A stretch of 64,000 nucleotides of DNA, from the IMG/VR virus record IMGVR_UViG_3300022602_003048, positions 29,538 through 93,537 of that record. One strand, 5' to 3'. Shown piece after piece: positions 8,998-18,252 of this stretch; positions within the stretch are counted from its first letter, which is position 1, and each line of letters starts with the position of its first letter. A model generated the notes under the pieces. The model was not told the DNA's origin and made no database searches. It saw only the letters and a list, made by a program, of their open reading frames with translations. The stretch comes from a virus. A program made the position numbers and the translations under genes.

Positions 8998-9170
8998 TCC
9001 TTACCCCAATCAATTTTTAACCATATTCTTTCATGTATATAATGAACTGTTGTTAGGATAATATGAATAATAATAGCATCACTTATTCCAGTCCACAACG
9101 CCGTTATTAAAAGAGCTAAAATTCTATAAGTTATAGCTCTAATAATGGTTCTTTTATGTGTTTCTATCAT
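8994..9170 (-). CDS. DUF2061-like small membrane protein (58 aa, not in ORF track)
   Basis: Manually translated MIETHKRTIIRAITYRILALL...HYIHERIWLKIDWGKE; ATGA overlaps at both ends. Confidence 0.7.
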   Translation of the reverse strand: MIETHKRTIIRAITYRILALLITALWTGISDAIIIHIILTTVHYIHERIWLKIDWGKE

Positions 9171-9898
9171 TTGGTTTGTGCTGGAATGTAATAATTGTAT
9201 TTTGCGATACCGCTATCTACAGTAACCAATGCTACACCGTCGTCGCTAAATTTGACAGTCTTGTCTCCGTCTAGGTTCAGTATACTGATGAACTGTGATA
9301 CCGGATAGCTCCAGTTCTGCCTAAGTTTTCCCGTGATTCCTGTTTGGAACACGAAGCTGCCTTCGTGCGTGTTTGCATCACCGAAGAATATTTTCAAGGA
9401 ATCGTTATCAGTCTTGACCATAAACACAGTTTCTTCAGAATGTGCCGCTGCCTGTAACTTGAGCCTATTGATACTAGCAACTGCTGGCCCAAACTCAACC
9501 TGCCAAGATGCTCCTTTGAATTTCACAGTCTTTAGTTTTTCGTTGATAAGTTCAGTGCCCATGAGCTTGTAATCGTTCTTGAAATCGCCAGCAGCATTTT
9601 CAAAATGTATCATGACTGGACGATTTTCACCGTTGCGCACTTCCCAAACAACTTGGATGTCTGCGCCGTCTTTGTATTCTGGATTCTTTAGATGCAGATC
9701 TAGCTTGTTTAGATCTGGTAATCCAAACGTCCCCTTGAATTCCTTTACTGCGTTGTTTGTTTCTGCTTGCACGATGACCGAACGATTCTCAGCCAATGCT
9801 TCGATATTGGTCTTGTCATCGTCACCTAATATTTTTACTAAATCGATGAAGCCTAATGCGTGTGTATGTGCTACTAAATCTTTAAGAATGTCTTTCAT
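9167..9898 (-). CDS. sliding clamp (gp45/PCNA-like)
   Basis: About 243 aa with clamp-like beta/alpha pattern, next to PolB; start re-assigned to MKDILK after GGAG. Confidence 0.7.
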   Translation of the reverse strand: MKDILKDLVAHTHALGFIDLVKILGDDDKTNIEALAENRSVIVQAETNNAVKEFKGTFGLPDLNKLDLHLKNPEYKDGADIQVVWEVRNGENRPVMIHFENAAGDFKNDYKLMGTELINEKLKTVKFKGASWQVEFGPAVASINRLKLQAAAHSEETVFMVKTDNDSLKIFFGDANTHEGSFVFQTGITGKLRQNWSYPVSQFISILNLDGDKTVKFSDDGVALVTVDSGIAKYNYYIPAQTK

Positions 9899-9918
9899 AT
9901 GAATCTCCATGTGTTATG

Positions 9919-9947
9919 ATTATATTTAGGTTTTGTCTAAGAGTCAA
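9919..9947 (-). promoter_or_regulatory. sigma70-type promoter (overlapping TAAATA)
   Basis: TTGACT-N17-TATAAT. Confidence 0.75.
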
Positions 9948-9954
9948 GATAATT

Positions 9955-12621
9955 TTAGAACTCAAATAGCTTGTTGAAAGTGTTAGTTTGTTCAGTGCTG
10001 ACCACGTCCCATTCCAAAACTCCGATGAGATTGTCTAGTTTAGCGTCAATGATGGTAGCTTCCATCTCAGCATCATCAAAAGGTAGATCCTTAAACCATT
10101 GGGGTAAGCGCAATTCATCTACAGGATACGCTACGCTGTTGAACCCCATTGGATTGTTTTTCAGCTTACAGACGATGACTTTAGCACCATCGCTGATGCT
10201 CATGGCATAATTATCGCTGTACATCTTCTTGAGCGTGTTCCAATTGATGCTTGCCCGAACGTGACCAGGCATATTTGCTTTTCCTGCCTTAGCTTCTTTC
10301 TTGCTATAGTCAGTAATATTGTTGGCACGTTTAGGGCTTCCCTTCTCCCAACCAGGTCGTCCCTTAAAGGCAGTGCGGAAGTCAGTGATCATCTCCAGTA
10401 TCTCTTCTTCCTTATGACCAGTCAGCACGCTTTCTAATACTTCACTAAGGAAGTTCTGTATAAATTCTGGAGTATCCGAACGCTTGAGATCCAATCCCAT
10501 GGCTTTAATCTTACCAGGTTTATCATTATTATCGTAACGCTTGCCTTCTTTATCGTAATAGAGGACGGCATAGCGTTTCTTAGTGATGAACAGTCCCTTG
10601 ATAGCCACGATCTCTCGCCCAGCCTTGATCACATCACCTCTGCTCTTTGGGCAATGGAACGCATCTAGCATGAACTTAGGGAATGTTCCGTTTACTTCTT
10701 CAGCTATCTGATCATAGAGCTGTATGACATTATCCTTAGACCAAGGTATCACACCTTTATCTATGTCTTTCTTTAGGGTAGTGTATGCTGAGAAATACAC
10801 AGAGTCAGTATCGCCATATATGATGCTCTTGCCTATGTGATCATTTACGCCTGTTATCACTTCGTTCACTTTTCCGGCCATGTGCTTGGCTATGCTCCTA
10901 CCAGTCAGTGTAGTTGACTGTCCGATGCGTTTATCAAAGAATCGGCATCCTGGATTTAGGATAGCACCATATAAGCTGTTGAGATTGATCTTCTTTACTA
11001 ACTGTCGCTTATCCCAGAATTCAGTTTCTATCTTGTTACCGGCGTTTAGTGATTCGCGCATCTTGGCCTGTAGTTCCTTGCGCTCAGCATACCAACGCTT
11101 TAGCAGTCCAGGTATAACCCCCTCAAACTCATAGGTAAAGATAGTACCGTTGGCACTGAGCATCCAGGGTTGGTTGCTGTCATAGATCATCTTATAGATC
11201 TCTGCACCACTCATCACTACGCTTTCGCCGTTTTCCCAGTCAACAGTTATATCAGTAGCCTTGTCTTGAGACATGACTATATCGTATTCCAAACAGGCAA
11301 ACTTACCCTCCCATGCGCTTGCGAAACTCTTTTTATGCACGGTTATCTGTTCGTCTATGTATGCATCTGTGTAGGTCTGGCGCAGTTGTCCAACAATGGT
11401 TTCTGGAGCCATGTTTAGCGCACGGATGGCTGATGGATATAGGCTGTTTAGATCCATTGATCCAATCCAGTCATGCAATCCTTTTTTTGGATATGCGACA
11501 TAGGCGCCTGCTGCCTGTGTGTTCTCGCTGTCATCACGTTTTGGACGATTGGGCACTATCAAGCCACGGCGATGTGCTTCATTGATGATAGCCTGTTCAG
11601 TAACAGCGACAGCACCCATGGTAGTCTGTAGCAGAACCGTGTTAGCATGGGCTAGTTCGTTGCTGAGATCGATGAATTTGAGTTTTTTATCTAATTTATC
11701 TAGCAATGCTACGTCTTGCCTGTTGTATTCGATGAACTTTCGGAAGTCGTTATTATATAGGCTGTCTAGCGTGCCTTCGTATACGGTTTTCTTTTCCCCT
11801 ATCTCCATTTCGCCGATAGCATCGAGTCGATAGGTGTGTCTTTCTTCATAGGTATATTTGCGATACAGTTCTAAGCTATCTAGGTGTACTCTACCTACTA
11901 GGTCGTAGGTAATAAGCTGCCGACCATATTTCTCAAATTCACGCTTTTTTGGAAACTCGTTCCAGAGGCAGAAACGGCGTGTATCTTCTTTGCTCAACAC
12001 TCGTGCTACGCGATTCACAGTGTAGGGAATATCGTAACCTTCGCTGTTCCAACCACTTAGTATGTCTGCATCCTCGATGAGATCTAAGAATGTTTCTAGC
12101 ATATCTGCTTCGCTGTCAAATATGAAACAGTCGTTGAATTCCTCACACTGTTTCTTTGCTTCTTCTACAGACAGTCTCTTTGGGGGTACTGCTAGAGTGA
12201 CTAACCTCTCTAACCACTGCAGATGCACTGTTATGGCAGTGATGCCCATGAACGGATCGCTAGGATCTGCGAAGCCACGTTCTGGATCAAAGTCTGTCTC
12301 GATGTCAAAGAACGCTACGTTCAGCTTCGGAGCATCTAGGTTTAGATAGTTTTCTTCGAGGCAGCGGAAAGCTGGATTGATATCACTTTCATAAAGGCGT
12401 TTGGTTCCGTGTATCTTTAATTCTTTATGGAAATCTTTGAGATTTCGGGCAGTTACTCTACCCAACTTCTCACCGTAAACACTTTCGTGCTTGCCCTTAG
12501 GGTCGGGATAATAAAATATATAACGAGCAGGATATTCTTTATATAATCGTTTGCCGTTTACACGTTCAACTACTTTAACAGATTCATCATCTCTCTTATA
12601 GAGAGCATCTACATAACTCAT
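9955..12621 (-). CDS. family B DNA polymerase (T4 gp43-like)
   Basis: Exo motifs FDIET, GWNSEGYDIPY, YNRQDV; pol motifs DLNSLYPS, KINLNSLYG, YGDTDS, KKRY; C-terminal clamp-binding-like LFEF. Confidence 0.96.
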   Translation of the reverse strand: MSYVDALYKRDDESVKVVERVNGKRLYKEYPARYIFYYPDPKGKHESVYGEKLGRVTARNLKDFHKELKIHGTKRLYESDINPAFRCLEENYLNLDAPKLNVAFFDIETDFDPERGFADPSDPFMGITAITVHLQWLERLVTLAVPPKRLSVEEAKKQCEEFNDCFIFDSEADMLETFLDLIEDADILSGWNSEGYDIPYTVNRVARVLSKEDTRRFCLWNEFPKKREFEKYGRQLITYDLVGRVHLDSLELYRKYTYEERHTYRLDAIGEMEIGEKKTVYEGTLDSLYNNDFRKFIEYNRQDVALLDKLDKKLKFIDLSNELAHANTVLLQTTMGAVAVTEQAIINEAHRRGLIVPNRPKRDDSENTQAAGAYVAYPKKGLHDWIGSMDLNSLYPSAIRALNMAPETIVGQLRQTYTDAYIDEQITVHKKSFASAWEGKFACLEYDIVMSQDKATDITVDWENGESVVMSGAEIYKMIYDSNQPWMLSANGTIFTYEFEGVIPGLLKRWYAERKELQAKMRESLNAGNKIETEFWDKRQLVKKINLNSLYGAILNPGCRFFDKRIGQSTTLTGRSIAKHMAGKVNEVITGVNDHIGKSIIYGDTDSVYFSAYTTLKKDIDKGVIPWSKDNVIQLYDQIAEEVNGTFPKFMLDAFHCPKSRGDVIKAGREIVAIKGLFITKKRYAVLYYDKEGKRYDNNDKPGKIKAMGLDLKRSDTPEFIQNFLSEVLESVLTGHKEEEILEMITDFRTAFKGRPGWEKGSPKRANNITDYSKKEAKAGKANMPGHVRASINWNTLKKMYSDNYAMSISDGAKVIVCKLKNNPMGFNSVAYPVDELRLPQWFKDLPFDDAEMEATIIDAKLDNLIGVLEWDVVSTEQTNTFNKLFEF

Positions 12622-12628
12622 TCATTTG

Positions 12629-12692
12629 TCTCCTATTGCGATTTGTGGCTCGCAAAATACCAATAGCGTGGTTTATGGCCCAACCTACCTTG
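12629..12692 (-). promoter_or_regulatory. tandem hairpins with GCCAYAAA loops upstream of the polB SD (candidate translational operator)
   Basis: TTGCGA-GCCACAAA-TCGCAA (12636-12655) and TGG-GCCATAAA-CCA (12669-12682), each preceded by GGTA; SD AGGAGA at 12629-12634. Confidence 0.55.
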
Positions 12693-12706
12693 CTCACAGT
12701 TACTTA

Positions 12707-12964
12707 TCAGACGTCCTTGCCTGTGGTAACTAAAATACTCTCTAGTTCTGCGAATTCTTCGTTTACTGCACCCCAGTTACGCTTATACGCGACCGAGATA
12801 GCCTTGTTTAGCAGTGCTGGTTTGATATCTAGTTCTTCTGCTACTGCTTTGACGGTGTCTTTCATACCGCCCTTGAGGTCATCAACTTCCTGCAATACCT
12901 GCACACATTGATCGATAACGCTCAACAATTTTGCTTTTTCTTCAGATCCGTAAGTGCGACTCAT
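12707..12964 (-). CDS. small dsDNA-binding protein (T4 DsbA/GapR-like)
   Basis: 85 aa; MKDTVKAVAEELDIKPALLNKAISVAYK helical pattern. Confidence 0.6.
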   Translation of the reverse strand: MSRTYGSEEKAKLLSVIDQCVQVLQEVDDLKGGMKDTVKAVAEELDIKPALLNKAISVAYKRNWGAVNEEFAELESILVTTGKDV

Positions 12965-12985
12965 CTATCTCTCCTTATTTTCTAT

Positions 12986-13014
12986 AGTATACAGGAACGA
13001 TGGACTAAGGTCAA
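12986..13014 (-). promoter_or_regulatory. sigma70-type promoter
   Basis: TTGACC-N17-TATACT. Confidence 0.7.
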
Positions 13015-13017
13015 TGT

Positions 13018-13584
13018 TTATGTTAGTCCTATGATCATGTAGCGATCGTATTCTGTTTCTGGATCTTCTAGAGTTATAGTCCCCTCAAACATCAATTCAC
13101 GCAGTGGATAATCTCTCCGGAATTGTTCTAGGCTATCATACTGATTGACCGCACCGAGATCGTTGTTCCTACCCTGAAGAGCTACTAACGTGTTTTTCGG
13201 AATCGCATCAAACCATCCATCGTTTTTCATGTTAGTTGTGCTTGTGTTTATTATCAAGCTCTTTTTAGTCACTTGCCTGTAGTCTAGGTCGTTCGCATCT
13301 TTGAGCATGTCTACGATGCGATCGTGCAGACCTAATTTCTTGGCGAATCGCTTTCCGTCTCTTAATACTCTAGGATCTGTCTCTACGTTTATTATCTTGT
13401 TAAAATCCCAGTGCTTAGATATCAGCATGATGCTGAGATTGCCGTACCAGCTACCCAATATATAAATAACATCAAATCTATCACTTATCTTAGTGATTTC
13501 TTTTATCAACCAGAGTTTGCTAAACACTAGATCTCGTGTAAAACTACCTTCTAAAGTGTTTGGACTGACTTCATTTATCTTCAT
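13018..13584 (-). CDS. class I SAM-dependent methyltransferase-like protein
   Basis: YILGSWYG motif I-like, NVETD, IINTS; N-terminal MKINEV motif. Confidence 0.6.
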   Translation of the reverse strand: MKINEVSPNTLEGSFTRDLVFSKLWLIKEITKISDRFDVIYILGSWYGNLSIMLISKHWDFNKIINVETDPRVLRDGKRFAKKLGLHDRIVDMLKDANDLDYRQVTKKSLIINTSTTNMKNDGWFDAIPKNTLVALQGRNNDLGAVNQYDSLEQFRRDYPLRELMFEGTITLEDPETEYDRYMIIGLT

Positions 13585-13789
13585 CGTCCCACCGAGTTTC
13601 TATATCTTTTACTATGTCTATGTAGCGCCTGAGAGGATTATTTGATTTCAGTCTCTTATCCTTGGCCAGTGTTTCGAGACCCCGCGCACCCGGACTGACT
13701 GGGTCCTTTATCTGTTTCTTGATATCTTCGACTCCTGGAGATCCCTTGATCTTCTTCATATTAGATTCCGTAGGTGCTCTTGACAGCAT
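13571..13789 (-). CDS. hypothetical protein (start uncertain)
   Basis: Short basic ORF in late operon. Confidence 0.5.
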   Translation of the reverse strand: MLSRAPTESNMKKIKGSPGVEDIKKQIKDPVSPGARGLETLAKDKRLKSNNPLRRYIDIVKDIETRWDDEDK

Positions 13790-14519
13790 TGTAGTTGGCT
13801 GTAACCTGTGTTTGATTCAATGCTATATTATAGACACGCATCTGATAATAGGTTCCGACGCACGCATCCATTGGAGTGCTTGAGGTTCCTGCGTTTGGAT
13901 GCCTAGATCCAAAATTTAGGCCGGTAGAGGTGCTTCCTGGATTAGCATATAGCGTTTGGCTAGCAGTCTGCAAACTACCGTTGATGTATAGCTTCAAGCT
14001 AGGGGTAGCATCGACGGTAACTATTATCTGTCTTATGTTTCCAGTATTTGCCGAAATGCTGTAAGAATTTGCAGCAGCTGAACCACCTATGCTAAGCAAT
14101 GAAGAGCCGCTCCAATATGCGAGATATCCCTTAGAGGCAGTGTAGCTCTCATTGCCCCACAGCGACGACCAATAGGCTGATGGATTTAAATTTACGATAA
14201 CTTCTACAGTAAAAGGTACTACTAAATTGTATGTGGTGGCTATCATGGCCATATTAGTAATCTGAGAAGGACCTAGTATCAATCCGCCGTTATGCGCAGA
14301 AGTATATGTAGCAGATCCTGTACCTGTTTTTATTATAGTACCATTATTGCCATAACCGCTAACATCAGTCCAAGAAATTCCTGAACTAGGAGCGTTCAAA
14401 AGATTCATGACCAGCCCAGTACTAGTACCGGTCCAGGTATTACCTACCGGTCCTTTGCTAGCTGAAACAACAGTTGCAATCTTGCTGATAGCAGTAGTTC
14501 GGCCTGGCTTACGGAACAT
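13761..14519 (-). CDS. LamG/concanavalin A-like lectin domain virion protein
   Basis: WTDVSGYGNNG, LKLYING, MRVYNIAL..V..NY pattern. Confidence 0.75.
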   Translation of the reverse strand: MFRKPGRTTAISKIATVVSASKGPVGNTWTGTSTGLVMNLLNAPSSGISWTDVSGYGNNGTIIKTGTGSATYTSAHNGGLILGPSQITNMAMIATTYNLVVPFTVEVIVNLNPSAYWSSLWGNESYTASKGYLAYWSGSSLLSIGGSAAANSYSISANTGNIRQIIVTVDATPSLKLYINGSLQTASQTLYANPGSTSTGLNFGSRHPNAGTSSTPMDACVGTYYQMRVYNIALNQTQVTANYNAVKSTYGI

Positions 14520-14520
14520 A

Positions 14521-14814
14521 TCAAGCCAATTCTGTTATGCTGATATAACCACTAGTGGTAACCTGCAGGAAAGCAATGTAAGTAAAGCCTGTTCCTGTGC
14601 CTACGGCTATGAATTCTATCTGACCAGCTGGAATGATCATGCTGCTATTTGTAGCAGTAACACTAGATCCGCCTAGGGCTATATAAGTATCTGCTTGCAC
14701 AGCTACCCTTATGACGCTAGTTGATGTGCCAAATGCAGCTGAAACTTGGCTGCTGCCTGAAGTAGCAAAGTTCTGCGTAGTGCCTGGTGCGTAGGCGCCT
14801 TTTCTTAGTAACAT
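14521..14814 (-). CDS. hypothetical beta-rich virion protein
   Basis: 97 aa ORF with SD GAGG. Confidence 0.65.
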   Translation of the reverse strand: MLLRKGAYAPGTTQNFATSGSSQVSAAFGTSTSVIRVAVQADTYIALGGSSVTATNSSMIIPAGQIEFIAVGTGTGFTYIAFLQVTTSGYISITELA

Positions 14815-14824
14815 ATTAGTTTCC

Positions 14825-15046
14825 TCATTTCTTTATGGGACGACAGTCATTGACCATCTTGCCGCCTTTTTTCTTCAATCCTGCTTTACGATATCCAGAC
14901 CAGCAGTGCGTGTTTCCGTTATCATCGGCTTTCTCGTTGATACCTTCAGATTTGATAGAGAGAGAAGATAACCTTCCGGATAGATTCTCTCCGAGACCGT
15001 GCTTATGGTTTAGTTCTATCGCTTTTTCAAGCTCAGTTATTTTCAT
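14825..15046 (-). CDS. small basic protein with CW-x-GY...NDC module
   Basis: MKITEL start; TAAATA 5 nt before ATG. Confidence 0.7.
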   Translation of the reverse strand: MKITELEKAIELNHKHGLGENLSGRLSSLSIKSEGINEKADDNGNTHCWSGYRKAGLKKKGGKMVNDCRPIKK

Positions 15047-15341
15047 GCAGATATTTATCTGTTCGCCTGTGATAGGCTAGATACCATCTGACATATCTGA
15101 GTAGTTCGCCGCCATTTGATCTGATCTGTTTTTCGTTATGCTTCTTGATCTTTTTGGCTTTAGAGCTTATCTCTTTTAGGAATCTAGGATCAGAGCTACT
15201 GCGCCACTGGCTAAGGTCCATATATTGTGCTGCTTGGGATTTTAGGTTTGAATATCTAGGCCTATTCTCAACGTCTTCCAACAGATAATCCCAGTCGGAC
15301 CAATCTATCTCAGTCCAACTACTTAAAGTATCGTAGCGCAT
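15033..15341 (-). CDS. hypothetical protein
   Basis: 102 aa ORF with SD AAGGAG. Confidence 0.6.
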   Translation of the reverse strand: MRYDTLSSWTEIDWSDWDYLLEDVENRPRYSNLKSQAAQYMDLSQWRSSSDPRFLKEISSKAKKIKKHNEKQIRSNGGELLRYVRWYLAYHRRTDKYLHENN

Positions 15342-15345
15342 TTGC

Positions 15346-16572
15346 TTACTCCTTATGGTGTTTTTTCTGTCCAGAGCGCATGTTAGCCATCCAACGGGCT
15401 AGTTGTCCTTTGCGACCCTTAGCGTGGCTTGCTTTCTCTAGCTCTGACTTGGTGGCGTGCTTTGGGATACCGTGCCTAGCACTATCTCCTGCTCGTCCTG
15501 GACCTTTGCCATCGGCAAAGTTCTCGTTAGTTGGAGCAGAAACTTTTTTCTTGTATACGTATAGTTTGTAACCTGAAGCATCATCGCTAAAAATCTTTTT
15601 CTGTTGGACTGGATCAGTTACAGCCTTAAAACCCATCTGCTCAAAGAATTTTGCTGCCCTATCATATAACTTGATTCTGCTTGGTTCGTTTGATTTTGCA
15701 CCCATGACAATTACTTCGGTTTTAGGATGTCTTGCAATAAAGTGGTTCAAGCAATAGGCAACACCATTGAATATTTTAAAAACAGTATCTCTTTCAGTAC
15801 CAGTTGCAGCATGGGTATCAGGTCTACTCTGCGTTTTATTTTCAAATGCCAATATATAATAATTTTCATTATATTCTTTAAATGTGACTTCGATTTTGGT
15901 TTTACCAACGGTGAAATCATAATCAGAACCGTAACTATCTTCATACACATCAAAGTTCTCTGGCGCTTTGTTTACGTCGATAAATTCTCCGATCACTTCT
16001 TTTTTAGCTATCGCTATAGCTGCTTGCTGTGCGGCATTAGCTGCTTCATCTATGTCTTCATTTGGTACACAGTTGTTGACACGGATACCGCCCTTGATCT
16101 TAGTGCCTTCCTTGTGCTTGCCAGTCCAGCATTTTGGATCTAAACGCTGTTTCGTCTCAGCGATATAAGCCTCAGCATATACTATGAGATCGCGCATCTC
16201 TTCGATGCTCTCGCAGTGCCACTTGCGCAGGCTCTTGTTGATCCTTGAGTTTGGATCATGTGCAGTCTTGGCGCCAGTGCGATGTTTCTTCATGCCACGC
16301 ATGCGAGCACAGAAGCTCTTGCGACGCTTGCTAGCCTTGCTGCCCTTCTTGAGCTTGCTAGGCTTTGTAGTGACTGCTGTCTGTAAATGGCTACCTGGAT
16401 GGCTGCGGCGATAGCTAGCAACGCCCTTCTTGTTGAGGCCGCCGTTCTTGTTCTTGCCTTTCTTGGTCTGCCAAGCTTCTGCTTCGTCTATCGGATCGTT
16501 GCAGCCGCAATCACATTCGGCATTACCTATGCATTCTCTGAGATTTTCTGATAAGATTTCTCTGAATTTCAT
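15346..16572 (-). CDS. modular basic protein (putative internal head polyprotein)
   Basis: MKFREILSE N-terminus; modules separated by IDE, IAE, PNE-DIDE, IGE, TNE. Confidence 0.75.
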   Translation of the reverse strand: MKFREILSENLRECIGNAECDCGCNDPIDEAEAWQTKKGKNKNGGLNKKGVASYRRSHPGSHLQTAVTTKPSKLKKGSKASKRRKSFCARMRGMKKHRTGAKTAHDPNSRINKSLRKWHCESIEEMRDLIVYAEAYIAETKQRLDPKCWTGKHKEGTKIKGGIRVNNCVPNEDIDEAANAAQQAAIAIAKKEVIGEFIDVNKAPENFDVYEDSYGSDYDFTVGKTKIEVTFKEYNENYYILAFENKTQSRPDTHAATGTERDTVFKIFNGVAYCLNHFIARHPKTEVIVMGAKSNEPSRIKLYDRAAKFFEQMGFKAVTDPVQQKKIFSDDASGYKLYVYKKKVSAPTNENFADGKGPGRAGDSARHGIPKHATKSELEKASHAKGRKGQLARWMANMRSGQKKHHKE

Positions 16573-16575
16573 AGC

Positions 16576-17055
16576 TTACCTCTTGACATTCTTCCACATC
16601 GCTGCGGCAGCTACTTTTTCGCCTTTTTCTTTAGAGCCATACTTCTTGGCAGCTTTGTCTGCTATTGCTTTGAATCCTTTACCCTTCTTGCCAATATCTT
16701 TACCTGCATGGGCTTTCTTAGCTACTGCTGATTTCTTCTTCTTGCTGAGACCCGCAGACGGCTTAGATTCTATCAGTTGATTCTCAAGATTACGATGTAG
16801 TGCTTCCATGTATTCCTCGCCTACTGGTTCGTTCGTACCGTATTGTTTTTCATACATCATGTAATCATGCACTGTGTTTAGATAATCTGCTGCTTTAGTG
16901 ATCTTGGCAGCTACCCAGCCCTCTAGATTTTCGCCTGGTTCTATCATCTTGAATAGTTCCATAGCGTTCTTTATAGCATTGTAAAGCTCACCTCTCGCCA
17001 TGCTAGCTTCATGATCGTGTGTTCCGTAATCAGTTGGTTCGTGCATATCGTGCAT
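16576..17055 (-). CDS. hypothetical protein with Lys-rich C-terminal module
   Basis: EASMARGEL...WVAAKITKAADYL domain, then LIE followed by a highly basic module. Confidence 0.75.
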   Translation of the reverse strand: MHDMHEPTDYGTHDHEASMARGELYNAIKNAMELFKMIEPGENLEGWVAAKITKAADYLNTVHDYMMYEKQYGTNEPVGEEYMEALHRNLENQLIESKPSAGLSKKKKSAVAKKAHAGKDIGKKGKGFKAIADKAAKKYGSKEKGEKVAAAAMWKNVKR

Positions 17056-17064
17056 GGCAATATC

Positions 17065-17322
17065 CTATCTCTTTATGGATGGGCCGCCGAATAGGCTAGT
17101 GCCCTTCATATCTAATGCGTTTACAGCAGTACCCATCTTGGTCTTTGGTTGTACTGCTTTTGGGGGTTTCGGTGCTTTGGTTCCGCTCTTGCCAGGGGAT
17201 CCTGTATAGCTCTTGTTTCCTCGGGCTTTTCCTATAGCTACGTTTGGATTGACGACAGTAGCTATGCTGCCTGCTGAAGTAGCACCTGCTGAAGCATACT
17301 CAAATAACTCTTTTATCTTCAT
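17065..17322 (-). CDS. small basic protein (putative internal head protein)
   Basis: MKIKELFE start, ASAGATSAGSIATV; TAAATA 5 nt before ATG. Confidence 0.7.
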   Translation of the reverse strand: MKIKELFEYASAGATSAGSIATVVNPNVAIGKARGNKSYTGSPGKSGTKAPKPPKAVQPKTKMGTAVNALDMKGTSLFGGPSIKR

Positions 17323-17353
17323 AGAAATATTTATCTCTGAATCAGATAAGAAG

Positions 17354-17378
17354 GTGCGGGAGATTGGATCTCCCGCAC
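17354..17378 (-). terminator. rho-independent terminator hairpin
   Basis: GTGCGGGAGAT-tgg-ATCTCCCGCAC inverted repeat downstream of the nuclease gene, followed by CTTCTT. Confidence 0.7.
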
Positions 17379-17401
17379 TGATATATTATTAAAGATCGAT
17401 A

Positions 17402-18238
17402 TTAGTCTTCGGTGCCTGGTGCGCCCTTGCAAGCTGCCTTCTTAGCATCGGCAGTCTTCTTTAGATCCACTGGCCAAACTGCTGCGGCTGGCTTGGTCTT
17501 GTCAGTGCCTGGGGGGACAGGGAAACTGATACCTGTAGCCTGTTCGATGCTAGCGATGCTAACCAAATGTGCTGGTAGATCGATAGGTTGTGAAGCTACC
17601 TGTGGGAAAGTGAAAGCCAGCACCTGTTTGGTATTGTCGTCGATCACGATCTTGTAGAGGAAGTCTGGAACTACGACATTGTCTGCACCGATAGTCTTGC
17701 TCTTGCCCACTGTGTAGATGTTACCTGCATATACTGTGTAGTTATGACCATTTCCATAAGTCCATGCACGCACGTTGCTTTCTAGAGCTTTCCAGATACC
17801 GCGGTTTAGGTTTGGTAACTGTGGACTCATGTTTGACATTAGGAATGATTCGTATTCAACCTGTGTATCCCAGCTCATGTCACCGTCTGGAGCAAGATGT
17901 CCTTGGTCATATCCTGAACCAGCGTAATCAGATGGTTTAGAACCGTTAGCACCAAGGATAGTATCAGCTACGAATGCATTTGTGCGAGGAACACATCCGA
18001 TAGCGTGTTGCGGGGTGAGCGTATATGCTACCCAAGCTGGTATCTTAGCTGCATTGTCGTGCTGTAGGGCATACCCAGTGTGGCATTCCACAACAGTGTT
18101 TGCTTTATTTAGAACCGGCGCACCATATGGTACCTGTGCTGCGCAAGCTGTGATCGGTTGGTTGGGTTTTTGATCCCAAGCAAATACTGCACCTGTGAAT
18201 CCTAGGAACAATAATGCTGATATTACTATTTTCTTCAT
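17402..18238 (-). CDS. secreted DNA/RNA non-specific endonuclease (NucA/Serratia family)
   Basis: Signal peptide MKKIVISALLFLGFTGAVFA; YDQGHLAP, SFLMSNMSPQ, LNRGIWKALE, VPDFLYK. Confidence 0.9.
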   Translation of the reverse strand: MKKIVISALLFLGFTGAVFAWDQKPNQPITACAAQVPYGAPVLNKANTVVECHTGYALQHDNAAKIPAWVAYTLTPQHAIGCVPRTNAFVADTILGANGSKPSDYAGSGYDQGHLAPDGDMSWDTQVEYESFLMSNMSPQLPNLNRGIWKALESNVRAWTYGNGHNYTVYAGNIYTVGKSKTIGADNVVVPDFLYKIVIDDNTKQVLAFTFPQVASQPIDLPAHLVSIASIEQATGISFPVPPGTDKTKPAAAVWPVDLKKTADAKKAACKGAPGTED

Positions 18239-18252
18239 GCTATCTCCTTTTG

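Noticed and set aside
9955-12621. Intein or intron in PolB
   Set aside because: Length of 888 aa and motif spacing are normal; no splicing motifs seen
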